Shown in pieces: positions 1 through 17,519 of a DNA stretch of 64,000 bases. Each line of letters starts with the position of its first letter. The first letter of the stretch is position 1. The notes below the pieces were generated by a model, which did not search any database, was not told the DNA's origin, and saw only the letters and a program-made list of their open reading frames with translations. The DNA comes from the human T2T-CHM13v2.0 reference genome, Homo sapiens: NCBI RefSeq assembly GCF_009914755.1, contig NC_060938.1; one strand, 5' to 3'. The position numbers and the translations under genes were made by a program.

Positions 1-176
1 AGCCAGGTTTTGTTAAGTGCAAAAAGGGACTGGCATGTACATATAAAAAAGATTAGTGTTTGCTGAGCTGCTTCTTCAGCACGTAGTGTCTGCTCTATAT
101 CAAATGAACCTGAGTAATTGAAATTGAGTATGAACAGAATAAATCTCTTTTTTGCATGACTACACAGAATAAAATA

Positions 177-605
177 GAGATGCATCTCAATTTATGATGA
201 AGTTATGTCTTGATTAACCCATCGTTAAGTTGAAAATATCGTAAGTCAAAAATGCATTTAATACACCTAACCTACCAAAAATCACAGCTTAGCCTGGCCC
301 ACATTAAACGTGGTCTGAACACATACATTAGCCTACATTTGGGCAAAATGATATCCAAAAAGTGCTGGCAACACAGCACACTAAAGAATATGTGTTGTTT
401 ACCCTCATGACTGAATAGCTGGGAACTGATTTGTTGCTGCCGCCCTGCATCGCCAGAGAGTGTCATACTGCCTGTATGTCACCAGTCCAGGAAAAGATAA
501 AGATTCAAAATTTGAAGTATAATTTCTACTGAATATGTATTGCTTTCATACCATCGTAAAGCCAAAAAATCATAAGTTGAGCCATTGTATGTGTGGGACA
601 ATCTG
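177..605 (+). mobile_element. MER47B-like (Tigger5-derived) DNA transposon MITE
   Basis: Matches the remembered MER47 layout: ...AACCCATCGTTAAGTTGAAAATATCGTAAGTCAAAAATGCATTTAATACACCTAACCTAC... ending ...GGGACAATCTG|TA. Confidence 0.75.
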
Positions 606-1399
606 TATAGGTTTATACTGAACTCTCACTTATAATTGCAAGTATATAGACATAAGTCATACAGGTTAAGACATTATAAATAAATTAAATGGGAAATAAT
701 CCATTTTATACTTTATAATTCAGTCAGACATTCCTAAAGGAAAAAAAAAAAACTACCTTATTTAATTTGCTGTGAATTTAGTCTCCCATAAAGAACTGCA
801 CTAGACTTGGAGTCTGGTCCTGTCACTTCCCACAGTTTGTGAGACAGTTGCAGGCATCAGTAGATTCACCATAGGCCCCAGTGCTTTTAGGTGCATAGCA
901 TTAAAGCAAAAGTTTATTTTTGTAAATAAAAAAGTCTTATACTTGTGGTATAATTAGACAATAAGAAAAAAATATTCAAGAAAGAAATTATAATGGCCCA
1001 TTACCCCATGATCAAAGTAAGCCACTATTAATTTTTTGGCATATTCTTTCAATTAAAAATATCTACCAGTGCATACAATGAGATCATGATAATGCTATAC
1101 ATGCTGCTTTTTAGCCAACTTACTTCATTATGCCATGTCATGAACATTTTACCCTGCTATTAATATTCTTTTAAAAATGATTTAAATAATGATATAGTAT
1201 GCCATCTTGACTGATTTTATAATTTATTTAACTCTTAAGAGCTTATTGGATATTTAGATTGTTTACTTACATACAACATTGAGCAGGAGCCTATAAACTT
1301 TCTTTAATCCCTTTAGCCAATGTGGAAAGTGCCTAGATTATATGATTTTCCAGGCTAGTACCTTATTACTTTTACTTTGATTTATTCTCATCGCCCACT

Positions 1400-2310
1400 T
1401 CTCATAATTCTGTAAGTCCCACTAATTTTATCTTTGAAATCACTCTTAAATTTGTTCATCTCCATTCTCGCTATAATTGCAGTAGTTCAAGTCTTCGTCA
1501 TCTAACTTGGAGTACTGCAATAATAACGTGCATAGCTGGTCTTCCTACCTCTGGACTCTTCTTTCAATGTATTACTCATCTTATGGTTAAAAATTATCTT
1601 TCTAAAACATGGATATAGTCATATATCCTCTGGTTTTAAAGTCTTTGATATTTTTTCATTGTCTGTGGCATAAGGCATTTGCCTGGTTTTCAAGGACATT
1701 CATATTTTGGTCCTGTCTGTCCCTTTTAGCCTCATTATTCTCCTCTTTCCACATTCCACATAGGTAGCCTTCCCTGAAAACACTGAGGTGTTCTCAGAGT
1801 CCTTTGTGTACTTTGTTTCTTTTCCATTGCTTAGAACGTACTACCTCTCACCTCATTGGCTTCTTACTTTCTTCTTCAATGCTTCAGCTCAAATATTACC
1901 TATCCTTTAAAGCTGTGCTGTCCAATACAGTAACTACTAGCTATATGTGGCTTTTAAATTAAAGTAAAATAAAGTAAAAAAAATTCAGTTCATCAGTCGT
2001 AAGTATATTTCACATGCTCAGTAGTCACATGTGGCTAGTGGCTATTGTGTTGGACAGTACAGATTAAAGAAAATTTTTATCACTGCAGAAACTTCTATTG
2101 GACAGCACTGCTATAAAGTCTTTTATCAAATAATTAGTTTCCTCCTTAAAGTTTCCATAACCCTTACAATGAACCATTTAAAGAGCCCTTGAATTCCTTC
2201 ATAGTAAGTGAGGGACACCAAGCCTTTTTCTTTTTATCACTAGCACCTAGAATAGTATGTGGCATGTAGTTCTATTTCAAGATGCGTTTGTTGGCTGATG
2301 AACAAATAAG
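1400..2310 (+). mobile_element. L2 LINE 3' remnant, interrupted by MER3
   Basis: Degenerate L2 motifs (TCAGCTCAAATATTACC; GCACCTAGAATAGT..TGGCATGTAGT..TTTGTTGGCTGATGAA end). Confidence 0.55.
1913..2110. mobile_element. MER3 (hAT-Charlie) MITE
   Basis: TIRs CTGTGCTGTCCAATA ... TATTGGACAGCACTG; 8-bp TSD CTTTAAAG (1905-1912) / CTATAAAG (2111-2118). Confidence 0.85.
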
Positions 2311-2864
2311 TAAAAAATGACTCAAATTTTGGGGAGTCGTATGGGTTAATGGCAATGTTCGGAGGCTTTCAATTCTAAAGTAATGCTAATCCCCTTTTGT
2401 AAAGTGTGTAACTATTAGTTTTACTTCATTAGTACAAAGTCTTAGGCAAATTGCCCTGTTTCTCTGATGATTTTACTATCTAAATATTAGATATCTAAAT
2501 ATCTAAATACTGGGGAATTAAGTATGTTTGCCTTATAGAATTTAACATAAGGCCAACATTTACTGAGTGTGTGCCAGATATTTTAGACATTTCACAAAAG
2601 TATAAAGCATTTCCAGTAGATTCCATGCTATTGCCAGAGTTTATATTCCATGAATGGAGAGAACAAACGTTGAGCTGGCTTAGTATATGGCTGAAATTTT
2701 CACTGCTTTTATTTCATTTTCATAATAATTTTATTATGTAGGGTAATTTTTTTTTCTGTTTTTCAGATGAGGAAACAGAAGCATAGAAAAGCTAAGTAGC
2801 TTTCATAAGGTCACATATAGCTGGGAAGGGACTCTATTACACCTCAGGTGCATCTCTAGTAACG

Positions 2865-5353
<2,489 letters not shown>

Positions 5354-5914
5354 CTCTATATAACCTTATTTGAATTGTTTAATACATTTAATGCCACTTG
5401 GTATCTTTAGTGATATTCTTCAATTGTTCATGGCTAGTGTATGTCTTGGCTTTTGGATTTAAGAGAAACCAACAGCCTGAAAAAAATTTGAAGAAGGAAA
5501 TTATAATGCCTCACTGTTAACATTTTGTGATCAACTGCTAAGGCCTGGTACTGTGCTTGGTTGGGCTAATGAGATCTAATAAAATCACTTTAAAGGAAAA
5601 ACCGTAAGTTCTATGAGGAGTGGAATTCTCAAAGCCTTTTGAAGGCATTTTATTGATTACAATTATAATCTCATGCCACTGGCTCTTTAGCAGGTTTTTA
5701 AAAATGTCCTAAAACCTAGCATCAGTATTATAAAGTTCCACTGTACAGTGCCCAGCATGGAGGTAGTATTCAGTAATGGTTTGTTTAATGAATTTTTGAA
5801 AAATAAGAGACACTGCTATTGGTAGTTATAATAGCTAGCATTGTTTGAATGTGTTCTGTTTGCCAAGAATTTTGCTCTGCTTTTTACTTGAATTATTTCA
5901 TTTTGCTCACTAAT

Positions 5915-6490
5915 TGACAATTTATTGAACACCTATAATGTGTTAGTTACTATGCTAGGGCTGGAGATACAGTGATGAAACAAAGACCTTTGTCTTGTGG
6001 ATCGTACATTTTGGTGGTAGAGACAGAAACAAACAGATAAATGAAAACCGTATAGTATAACATTGATTGATGATCCATGCTTTGGAAAAAAAGGCAAGAT
6101 AAGACAATTGAGAATGATCAGGGAAGGCTTATCTGAGAAGGTGACATTTAAGCAGAGACTTGAATGGAAGGAAAGGGAGTGAGCCATCCAGGTATTTGGA
6201 GGAAGAACATACAAAATGAAGGGAACAAGTGCACAAGTGTCAAGTGAGCAAGGAAGCCAGGGGTTATGTCATCTAGTATCTTATAGTAAAGATTTTGAAC
6301 TTTATTCCAAATATGATAAAAGCAATTGGAAGTTTAGGGTAGTAAAAGGGACATGATTTGGTTGTTTTAAAAGGATTACTTTGGTGGCTTGTGTAGAGAA
6401 TTGAACTGAGTGGGATTGAAAGGTAGAGGTTAGGAGAAGAATGAAAGTAGGTAGACCAATTAAGAGTACTCAAACAACCCTGTGAGATAG
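5915..6490 (-). mobile_element. L2 remnant
   Basis: ATTTATTGAACACCTA..TGCTAGGGCTGGAGATACAG..GGGAAGGCTTATCTGAGAAGGTGACATTTAAGCAGAGACTTGAATG, typical antisense L2. Confidence 0.75.
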
Positions 6491-6629
6491 GTTGGATTAT
6501 TGTCTCCATTTTTTGGTTAAAACACAGAGACAGAGAGGTCAACAGGCTTGTTCAGTGCTACAAATCCAGTTTGTTTTGTTAATTGCTATCCATTACTTCA
6601 TGGGATTGTTGTGATAACTAAATGAGATA

Positions 6630-7300
<671 letters not shown>

Positions 7301-8081
7301 GAAGTGTCAAACATTGCTTTGTACATAGGAGTTGGTAAATGTTACGGCCTTTCTCATAAAAATAAATATTGCAAGTTTGAGAAGGACAGTTCAAGAAAAT
7401 TTATGTAGCAATTACTAATTAATGGCCTAAAGTCATATAGAACCTGGTATTTGTACTCCTTTCCTTCCAGTCTTAAGGATTATGTCTTATAAAGATCTGT
7501 CCAAAGCACCGATAGAATTATTTTAGCCTTTAGGAGACAAAGTTCAGAGATATTTGATATAGCTGTCTTAAAGTATAAAGGGCTGCCATGTGAAACAGGG
7601 ATTTGTTTTTTATGACCCAAGAGAGCAGAAATCTGATCCAAGGGTGAAAACTACTGGGAAGGTTATTTTGGCTCATAAAAATAAATATATTTCAAAAATA
7701 GAATGAATGCTCTATCAGTGGAACTGTTTGCATGTTGCTATATCATTTTTCTGGAATGTGTCAGGCATTCAGGGTTTTTTGTTTAGTTTGCAGATTTCTT
7801 CAACCTGAGATTCACTAAAATATAAGCTACATGAAAGCAGAGATCTTGTCTGTCTGGGGGACCACAGTATCCTCAATGTCTAGAGAGCACCATGCTTGAT
7901 ACACTTGTTGACTAAATGAATGAATGAGTTAATTATTCTCACAGGTCATCTGGATACTTCATTCCTTCTCTTTGCCTAAAGTTCAGTTCTGATTTTTGAT
8001 TGATGACTTGAGTGTTTATACTGGGTTAAAAATAAGGGAAACTATTGTGAATTGCTTTCTAGGAAGTCAAAGGCATCACTG

Positions 8082-8300
8082 CAGGGCTTCTCAACAGTGG
8101 CACTATCAATGTTTTGAGCTGATGATGCTTTGTCTTGAAGGGGCTGTCCTGTACATTGTAGGATTTTAGCAGCATCTCTGGCTGCTAAATACTCAACAGA
8201 TATCAGTAGCAACCCCCACCCCCACTTAACAGTCATAGCAATAAAAAATATCTTCAGGCGTCACCAAACGTTCCTTTAGGGGCAAATCAGCTCTTGTTGA
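8082..8300 (+). mobile_element. MER20 (hAT-Charlie)
   Basis: CAGGGCTTCTCAAC..GGGGCTGTCCTGTACATTGTAGGATTTTAGCAGCATC matches remembered MER20. Confidence 0.75.
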
Positions 8301-8991
8301 GTTAGCGAATAACCCACCAGAACACACCCATGCTAATAGATGAATCCAATATTTTCATTAGATAAAATTAAAGAAAATAGTGTCATTTAAGGAAAGCTCA
8401 TTGTAAATTATTTATTTTAAGATGAACTGTGCACTAGTATGAGCTGTGTGTTGAGGCATGCCTGTAGCTTTATAATGAAGAAATTGTAGAATGCTCTTAC
8501 GTATTTCTAATTTGTTTTGAAATATGATGAATTCAAGTTGATTATTTAGCTTTAGGTCCTCAGTAATGAAGGCTTACCATATTTCTCTTATATTGTTTTT
8601 TCAGCCCCAAATTACCTTGACAACCATTATATGTTGAAATACAGATGTGGAGAGTTCAAAAGGAGGGGTTGGTGGAATTAGTGGTTTGTAACTGTCAAAG
8701 ACAAAGACATCATAAGGTATAACAGCAGAAAAGGACAGCAGCAGCAGAAAGCTGAGCAGGTGATCAAAGATTCTAGAAGCAGGAGACCCAAGGATTTTTT
8801 TAAAGTTATGTATATTTTAAAATTTATATTTTGGTCTTAGTGTAGAAGTATGATCATCTCATGATGGATATGGTTTCATAAGCAGTTATGGTATATGCTA
8901 GGCACATTAGAAATAAATTATTTTTGGGCCACACTTAGTTTGTACGTCTTGACTCCCCTTCCTAGTATTTACATTGATATTTCCTTTTGTT

Positions 8992-9044
8992 TAAATCCAA
9001 ATAGCAAGTTCTAATAAATCCAAATAGCAAGTTCTAATAAATCC
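8992..9044. repeat. Perfect 23-bp tandem duplication (2.3 copies)
   Basis: TAAATCCAAATAGCAAGTTCTAA twice, then TAAATCC. Confidence 0.95.
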
Positions 9045-9560
9045 CTGCTTGTATTATATTTTAATTCAGTATGTTTTCTTGTCACATCACACTTTGTTTG
9101 TAACATATTTTACTAAACTATTCATGGTCCTGATTTAAGTATAAGCTGGGAACTGTTGCATTTTAATATACAACATTTGCATATATATTATGATGTAGTC
9201 ATTTATAAAATATAATAGTCTTACTGGGCATTATTATAAAAGAAGCATCTGTCAGCATTTCTATTATAAAATCAAAAAATTTTAAGGAGTTTCTGACTTG
9301 TCTGTTTCTAAATTGCTTTGGCATAAAACCTGTATAGAAGCTGTCAACTGAAATCTAAATTTTGTTATTTATAGAAGGCAGAATTGAAGCTAGTTTTTTT
9401 TACTACTTTTTATCACTACATTAAAAACATTCATATTTTTTCATAGATTCAGGTGCTTTTTACTTGATATTTATTTATTTCCCATAAACCCAAGTGAGGA
9501 AATGGAAACTGAGAGCCACTCAAATGTACTTATTTATTTTCTTGTGTTGTATTATAAATT

Positions 9561-9687
9561 TATTTATTATTATTATTATTGTTAAAATAGAGACAAGATC
9601 TCGCTACATTTCCCAAGATGGTCTCCATCCTCCTACCTCAGCTTCCCAAAGTGCTGGGATTACAGGCGTGAGCTACTGCACCTGGCC
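9561..9687 (-). mobile_element. FLAM/AluJ left monomer
   Basis: (TTA)n tail followed by ...CCCAAAGTGCTGGGATTACAGGCGTGAGCTACTGCACCTGGCC. Confidence 0.8.
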
Positions 9688-10251
9688 ATGTAAAATTTTT
9701 GATAGATTTATTTGAAAAGTATTTACCAAGTAGACGCATTAAGTATTTTGTTAGAACCACCTTGTAACATGATGGTGTCTGTATAAAGCCTGTAGGTAGC
9801 TAGATCCAGACTTAGTGTGAGTAGAGAAACTCAGTTAATGACTGCAAAGTAATATCAATTTAGAAGGGTCAAAGAGAAATAAGAACCCCTACTATTGATC
9901 ACTAGACAACTATTCACTTTCTCAACCATAAGACCTGTCTCTGCAATCTCATTATAGCTGATACTTTTACAAGTGACTAACTTGGTTGATTGCTATCCCT
10001 TCCAGCTTTTTGTGAGATGTCATTGCTGTTACTGTAGTAGGTGATTCTTTCAAATTGCTTTTAAAAACTCTTGAAAGCCAAAGTTATTATCTAATTTTGA
10101 ACCTGAGATTGGGGATCTTCTTATGAAACTGATTATTTATATAGAAGGTTAACATTAGTTACTATAGAACTTCAAACAAAATTGAAATAATTAAGGAGTT
10201 TAAGCACCTGAAATTGAAAGAGTTTACTCATTTATAATTATTCAACAAGTA

Positions 10252-10558
<307 letters not shown>

Positions 10559-10953
10559 TCAACAAATATGTATATCTTACCCCAGACACCATATGCAGAA
10601 TATATGATGAACAAAATGGGTGTGGCCCTTAGCATTATAGGTGACATATAAGTAAACAAACATAGAATAAATAGTTCTTATTTATTTTGGTCAAGTTTAA
10701 TAGTATTCCAAAGGCTTACCCTTTTATAAATAATCCACAATGCAGAAACCTACATTTGAATGTACAAATTTTTAATGTTTATTGGAATGTCAAGATTAAA
10801 ACATATTACTTTAGTCATATGTAAACTCTTATTTCCACATTAATAGAATCTTTTTGCCTTTATATGTATTTTGTTATTGCTTTTGCCTAGGAACTTGATT
10901 TTTATGTATTTTTCTTGTATTCAGCCATCTTAACACTGTTATTTATTCTAATA

Positions 10954-11033
10954 TTAAGTTGGTGTAAAAGTAATTGAAGTTTTTGCCATTTTTTTAAAAT
11001 GGCAAAACTACAGTTACTTTTGCACCAGCCTAG
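10954..11033. mobile_element. MADE1 (Hsmar1-derived 80-bp palindromic MITE)
   Basis: TA|TTAAGTTGGTGTAAAAGTAATTG...CAGTTACTTTTGCACCAGCCTAG|TA; 80 bp; TA target duplication. Confidence 0.9.
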
Positions 11034-11319
11034 TAACTTTTAAACAGAATTCCTAAGTAGGTGATGTTCTCTTTGACAGTGTTTATATCTCTTAATTGTT
11101 TTCCTTTTCTTATTGCATTATCTAGCATCATCAGTTGAATTTTGAATAATAACAGTGATAGTGGTCATCCTTGTCTCATATATGATATTGATGGCAGTGT
11201 TTCTCCTCTTTCACTATTAAGAGTGATGTATGCTGTAGGTTTCTAGTAGATCCTTTTTATTAAGTTAAGGGTGTTTCCTTTATTCCCAGTTTACAGAGAT
11301 TTAATGATTAGAAAAAGTA

Positions 11320-12560
11320 AGGTTCTGTTGATATCATGGCAGTACGGCAATTTGGACCAATATTCATGCTAAGGACAATTTAAAAATTGGATAAAATATG
11401 AAAAATAGATTTTTACAATTATTTGGGAGAAGATGAGAACCCATAGGAATAAGCATATTCTCTCAAAATCACTTTTGTTTTAAGGATGTTTGTTGATCAT
11501 AGCTTACCAGTTTTGAAGCTAAGTTCTGCCTTCATATGCTTCACAAGACTGAGGGGTGTAAGTCAAAATCTGGAGTTGGCCAAGGTTGAGAATTCTGCAC
11601 TGTAGTTTGCTTGAACCACAAAAGGCTGAGCTTTCAGGGTAGCAGTGAATTAATGCTAATTTGGCTCTCCCAGAAACTTGCAAGACAACTTTCATCATCA
11701 TCTGCTGGATCAAGTAATCTTTTTTTTTTTTTTTTTTGAGATGGAGTCTCGCACCGTCGCCCAGGCTGTAGTGCGGTGGCACAATCTCAGCTCACTGTAA
11801 GCTCCGCCTCCTGGGTTCACGCCATTCTCCTGCCTCAGTCTCCCGAGTAGCTGGGATTACAGGTGCCCACCACTATGCCTGACTAATTTTTTTTTGTATT
11901 TTTACTAGAGACTGGGTTTCACCGTGTTAGCCAGGATGGTCTCGATCTCCTGACCTCATGATCCATCCACCTTGGCCTCCCAAAGTGCTGGGATTACAGG
12001 CACCTGGCCTGGATCAGGTAATCTTAAATCTAGAATTTAGATTAAGATGGTCCTGGATTGTAGTTTTTCCAAGCTGTAGCAGAGACAAAAGAAAGTTCTC
12101 TTTGGAAGAGGACGTTGTCAGCCAATGTGTCAGTTTATTTTTTTTTTAAACACATTATTCAGTGCACAGGCAAAGATAATCAGGCATGGAAGGATAAAAG
12201 ACACTTTGAGTAAAACCTAGTAGATACAACAGACGATAGAAATAGACTCAGTGAAAATGATACACTGGAATTGTTAGACATAGACTATAAAGCAACTAAA
12301 TTTGCTATGTTCAAAGAAATAAGGCCAAAAATAAAAATCTAGCAACAAACTGGAAACTAAAAATTATCCAGCAGATATGAAAGCAGTAAGATAATAGTAA
12401 AACTGAAAAACACACTATTTAAAACTTAATCATTAGGTTGTACATGAGATTAGATATAGGTGTAAAGAGAATTAGTGAACTGGGAGATAGGTCAGAATAA
12501 ACAGTTCACAATGCAATGTGGAACGATAAAAAGGGGAGCTCCAAAGAAGATGGTAAGAGA
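11320..12560 (+). mobile_element. Ancient L1M 5'/ORF1 remnant, Alu-interrupted
   Basis: A-rich L1M ORF1-like text (GAGATTAGATATAG..AAAGAGAATTAGTGAACTGGGAGATAGGTCAGAA). Confidence 0.5.
11719..12009 (-). mobile_element. AluY-like
   Basis: Dimer with a short deletion near its 5' end; TSD TGGATCA(A/G)GTAATCTT. Confidence 0.95.
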
Positions 12561-13176
12561 TACAGATATTCAGCGCAAAGAACCAGAAATCCAGAGAGCC
12601 AGCTTGAATTCCAAATTCCATCATTACCTTATATAATACATTTGACACACATAATTTTTTATGCCTCTGGGTTTCAGCATCACTTCTTAGTGGGCACTGC
12701 TGTTAATGCAGTTTTTACTTATGTAGCATAGTCCAAAGATTGCTTAAGTTTTCTGCTGTAACTTCTCATTTTTTCCATTTAACCATTTAATGAAAACATT
12801 TACTAAGTATGTAATATTTGCCAGATCCTAAGATAGATGCCAGGAATGGATACAAAGAACAGTTTGTTCATTATAAACTCAAATACTGCTGTCATGTGTC
12901 AGCTTATATAGCTGGACAGCTGAGGCTGAATTCCTGGAAATGCCCCCTGTATTCTGAAAGCCTAGACTCAAATAGCATTTTGAGAACTATCCATTTTTAT
13001 GACTTACATTTAGGAATAACACAGCCTCCTTTTCTAGCCTTCCTCAGAAGAGTATCACCAGAAGATACTCTGAAACTCTCAACTTGGTCAAATGTATAAC
13101 ATAAAGGAAGGATGGAATTTGGAATTCTAGCTAGCTCTCTAGATTTCTAGTTCCTTGCTTTGAAAAGGGAACTGGA

Positions 13177-13524
<348 letters not shown>

Positions 13525-13856
13525 TTATGCTGACCTCACTGTCCACTCCTTTAACTTTGGCAATTTCAAAAGTAATTAGTTAGATCAGACTCTGGGCAAA
13601 TCATTTAGCTAGCCTATATTTCAGAATCTTTTTTAAAAACACTTTTTTAATACACTGTCAAAGATTTATTGTGCTTAAAAATGTGAATTAAAATATATTC
13701 TGAATTTTAAAAAATCAGAAATGAGTTTTAAAAATGGTTGATTTGTGGGAGTTCTTTATATTCTGTGTATGAGAGAGAGATTTTCTCAGTTTCTGGCTTG
13801 CCTATTTATCTTTAAAATTGTGTCATTTCATGGGTAGATTGTTTTTAACTTTGTAA

Positions 13857-14262
<406 letters not shown>

Positions 14263-15481
14263 TAGAAGGTTTTTGATTCTGGTCTAAGCCTATGATCATC
14301 TCAAATTAATTTTTGTGTATGGTGTGAAACAGAAGTTGAGGTTCACTTTTTCCTATACAGATGTCCAGTTTTCCAGAACCAAATGTAAAGATATTTTCCC
14401 CCATTTAATTGACTTAAAGCCTTGGTTGAAAAAAAATGTTTATATATATAGATAGGTAGGTAGGTAGATAGATAGATATCCCTCGTATGGAGTGGCTGCT
14501 TTTGAATTCTGTATGCTGTTGCCTGCCTCATACTACGTGTTCTTGATTGCTGTAGAGTAAGGCTTCTGGATTTGTTTGTAAAGATTATTTTGGGCATTTT
14601 AGATCATGTATATTTCCATAGCAATTTTAGAATTAGCCTGTTAATTTCTGCTAGGATTTTGCTAGGGATAATATTGACTCTATTGCTCAATTTTGAGAGA
14701 ATTGCCATCCTAACAGTGTCGAGTCTTCTGATCCATGAATATTATATATCTTGTCATTTATTTAGGTATTTAAAAAATTCTCTCAGTAGTATTTTATAGG
14801 TTAATAAAGGTACATATTTTGTTGGTTTTATTTCTATTTTTTAATTTTATTTTTAATTATGTGTTTCTAATACAAAGAAACATAATTGAGTTTAGTATAT
14901 TGACCTGTCATACTACATTTCTGAAATCACTTATTCTAGTAATTTCTGTAGATTCCATAGGATTTTCTGTATATGTAATCATGTCATCTAGGAATAGGAG
15001 AGCTTTCACTTTTCAGTATTTATGACTTTTCCTTTTCTTGCCTTAGTGCACTGACTAGGATTTTCAGTACTATGTAGAGTAGAAGTGGTGAGAATGTATT
15101 TACTCGTCTTGTATTGATCTCTTAGGAAAAGCATTTAATGTCCCATGACTAAGTAAATAATGTTAGCTGTAGTTATTTCATCGACATCATCCATCAGCTT
15201 CAGAGAGTTCTGTTCCTAGTTTGCTGAGAGTTGTTATTATTAATGGCTATTGAATTTTGTCTAATGATTTTTCTGCATTTGTTGAAGTGATCATCTAGCT
15301 TTTCTCCTTTATTCTGCTAATGTGATAAATTACATTAAATCAACCTTGTATTCCTGGAATTAAATCATTTTGTCATGATGTATTATTATTTTTATATTTT
15401 GCTAAAATCATTTTTCTATTATTTTAAGGATTTTCTGTCTATGTTCACGGGTGATGTTGTTCTATAATTTTCTTCACATAA

Positions 15482-15786
15482 AAGGCTTCAGAATCCAAAT
15501 ATCCCTTCACAAAGATTATCTGCCATATAATAATGTCCTTTTAAGCATGAGCACTTCTGTCTCTTGTCCTTCATTCACCCCAAGGATGACATTGGCTATT
15601 AAATGAAAGAAAGTGTCGAATTAGAGTCAGGACATTTGATAGCTGTTTCACCTTAGTATCTCCAATCTAACATAGAGAACAATCTCTGACTAGACCAGTG
15701 CACACAGTGGTTCTGGAAATGAAATGAGAAATGAGAAAGCTTCAAAAACCAAATTTCAAAATAAAAGAGTATTTCTCAAAAAAATT
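15482..15786 (+). other. Direct-repeat-flanked non-L1 insert with AATAAA and a short A tail (putative retroposed fragment)
   Basis: TTTTCTTCACATAA at 15468-15481 and 15787-15800; AATAAA at 15760-15765; A7 at 15778-15784. Confidence 0.6.
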
Positions 15787-16234
15787 TTTTCTTCACATAA
15801 TATCTTCATAACAGTTTATTGTTAAATTTAAGACTCTAGCTTTTTAGTTTCATATTTCATAAATTTCTTCATTTTAAGTTTCTTCTACTTTCTCAAGGTT
15901 TATTATAATTATTTTGTGCTTTTTAGTTGAATTTTTTGAATTATAAATATACGTGTCTATGAGTTTTCCCCTACATAAATAAGTAAATAAATATTGTATA
16001 GTATTTATAATCAAAGACATGAAATAGTAGCAAGAATACTATATACCTCAGTCACAGATAAGGTTCCAGTAATGGGTCTGTAGATATTCAGGGTTTCTGC
16101 TAGCTACTCCTCTTCTGTGAATCCTGTATGGTCTTTGTAGATCTGGCGTTTAACCTCCAGGTTATAACCAAGAAGACAAGTCAGTGATGATCAGATGACA
16201 TTAAGTTTTATAGTCCCTACCATGCTAACTCTAG

Positions 16235-16462
16235 GCCCAAATTTGTTGACTTTACTACTGACATTTTGGACCAGATAATCCTGTATTGGGAGGGAAAGAA
16301 GATTGTCCTGTGTACTAGAAGATGTTTAGTAGCATCTTTGGCTTCTGTCTTCTAACTGTCCATAGCAGCCTTACTTGTGACAATTAAAAATGTCTGTAGA
16401 CGTTACCAAATGTCCTGGAGTAGGGTGAGACCAGAATTGCAACCTAGATGGCAACTACTGCT
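16235..16462 (+). mobile_element. MER20 (hAT-Charlie)
   Basis: CTGACATTTTGGACCAGATAAT..TTGTGACAATTAAAAATGTCTGTAGACGTTACCAAATGTCC. Confidence 0.7.
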
Positions 16463-16840
16463 CTAGGTTGATTTCTTTTTGTCATTTATGTAGACCTAGT
16501 AGATTTCTATGTAATTTGTATATATATTAAATTACCTTTTCAATTAATAGCAAACCAGGAAGAACATGGCAAAGTCAACTGTTAGCTGCTTCAAACAGTA
16601 GAAAAATTACAGATTGGATATTGTCACTTGTACCTTATTTGGTATCACAAGTAGTATCTGAACCAAGGACGAAACATACACAGACTAAACATATGTGGAA
16701 CCAAACACTATATGGTTCAAATAACTGAAAAGTATAGGGGATTGGTGTATGTCTATTTTGTGTCTGCTTCTTAAATGTTTCCCACCGTTTTATTAATCAG
16801 GGTGAAATACATTTAAAAAATTTTAAACATCAGAGTGAAT

Positions 16841-17128
<288 letters not shown>

Positions 17129-17519
17129 TCAGAGTGAATATAAATTCATAATCTTGGATAGAAAGACATATTACTTGTTTGTCATTTGTATGATAAATGT
17201 CTGAAATATGCTTCACAAACTGCTATGGTGGTGGCCCATAAAACATTATAAATAAATGGTAACTTGTTACAATAGGTATATATTTCAGAGGGAGTATATA
17301 TTACTCAGTCTTCCTAACTTTTCCTCATTGTTAGAAATACAGTGGGGTTTTCTTTTTGGCCATTTTCCTCTCCATTATAAATAAGTGTTTGTCTGAAAAG
17401 TATTTTGTGCATAGAATTTTTTAAATATATAAAGCCAAATTGCTTCCCAAAAGGATTAGGCGACCTCCAAAGTTTTCTTGACATTGTTTTTTCCCTGCCA
17501 CCCTAACTTAAGAAAACAC

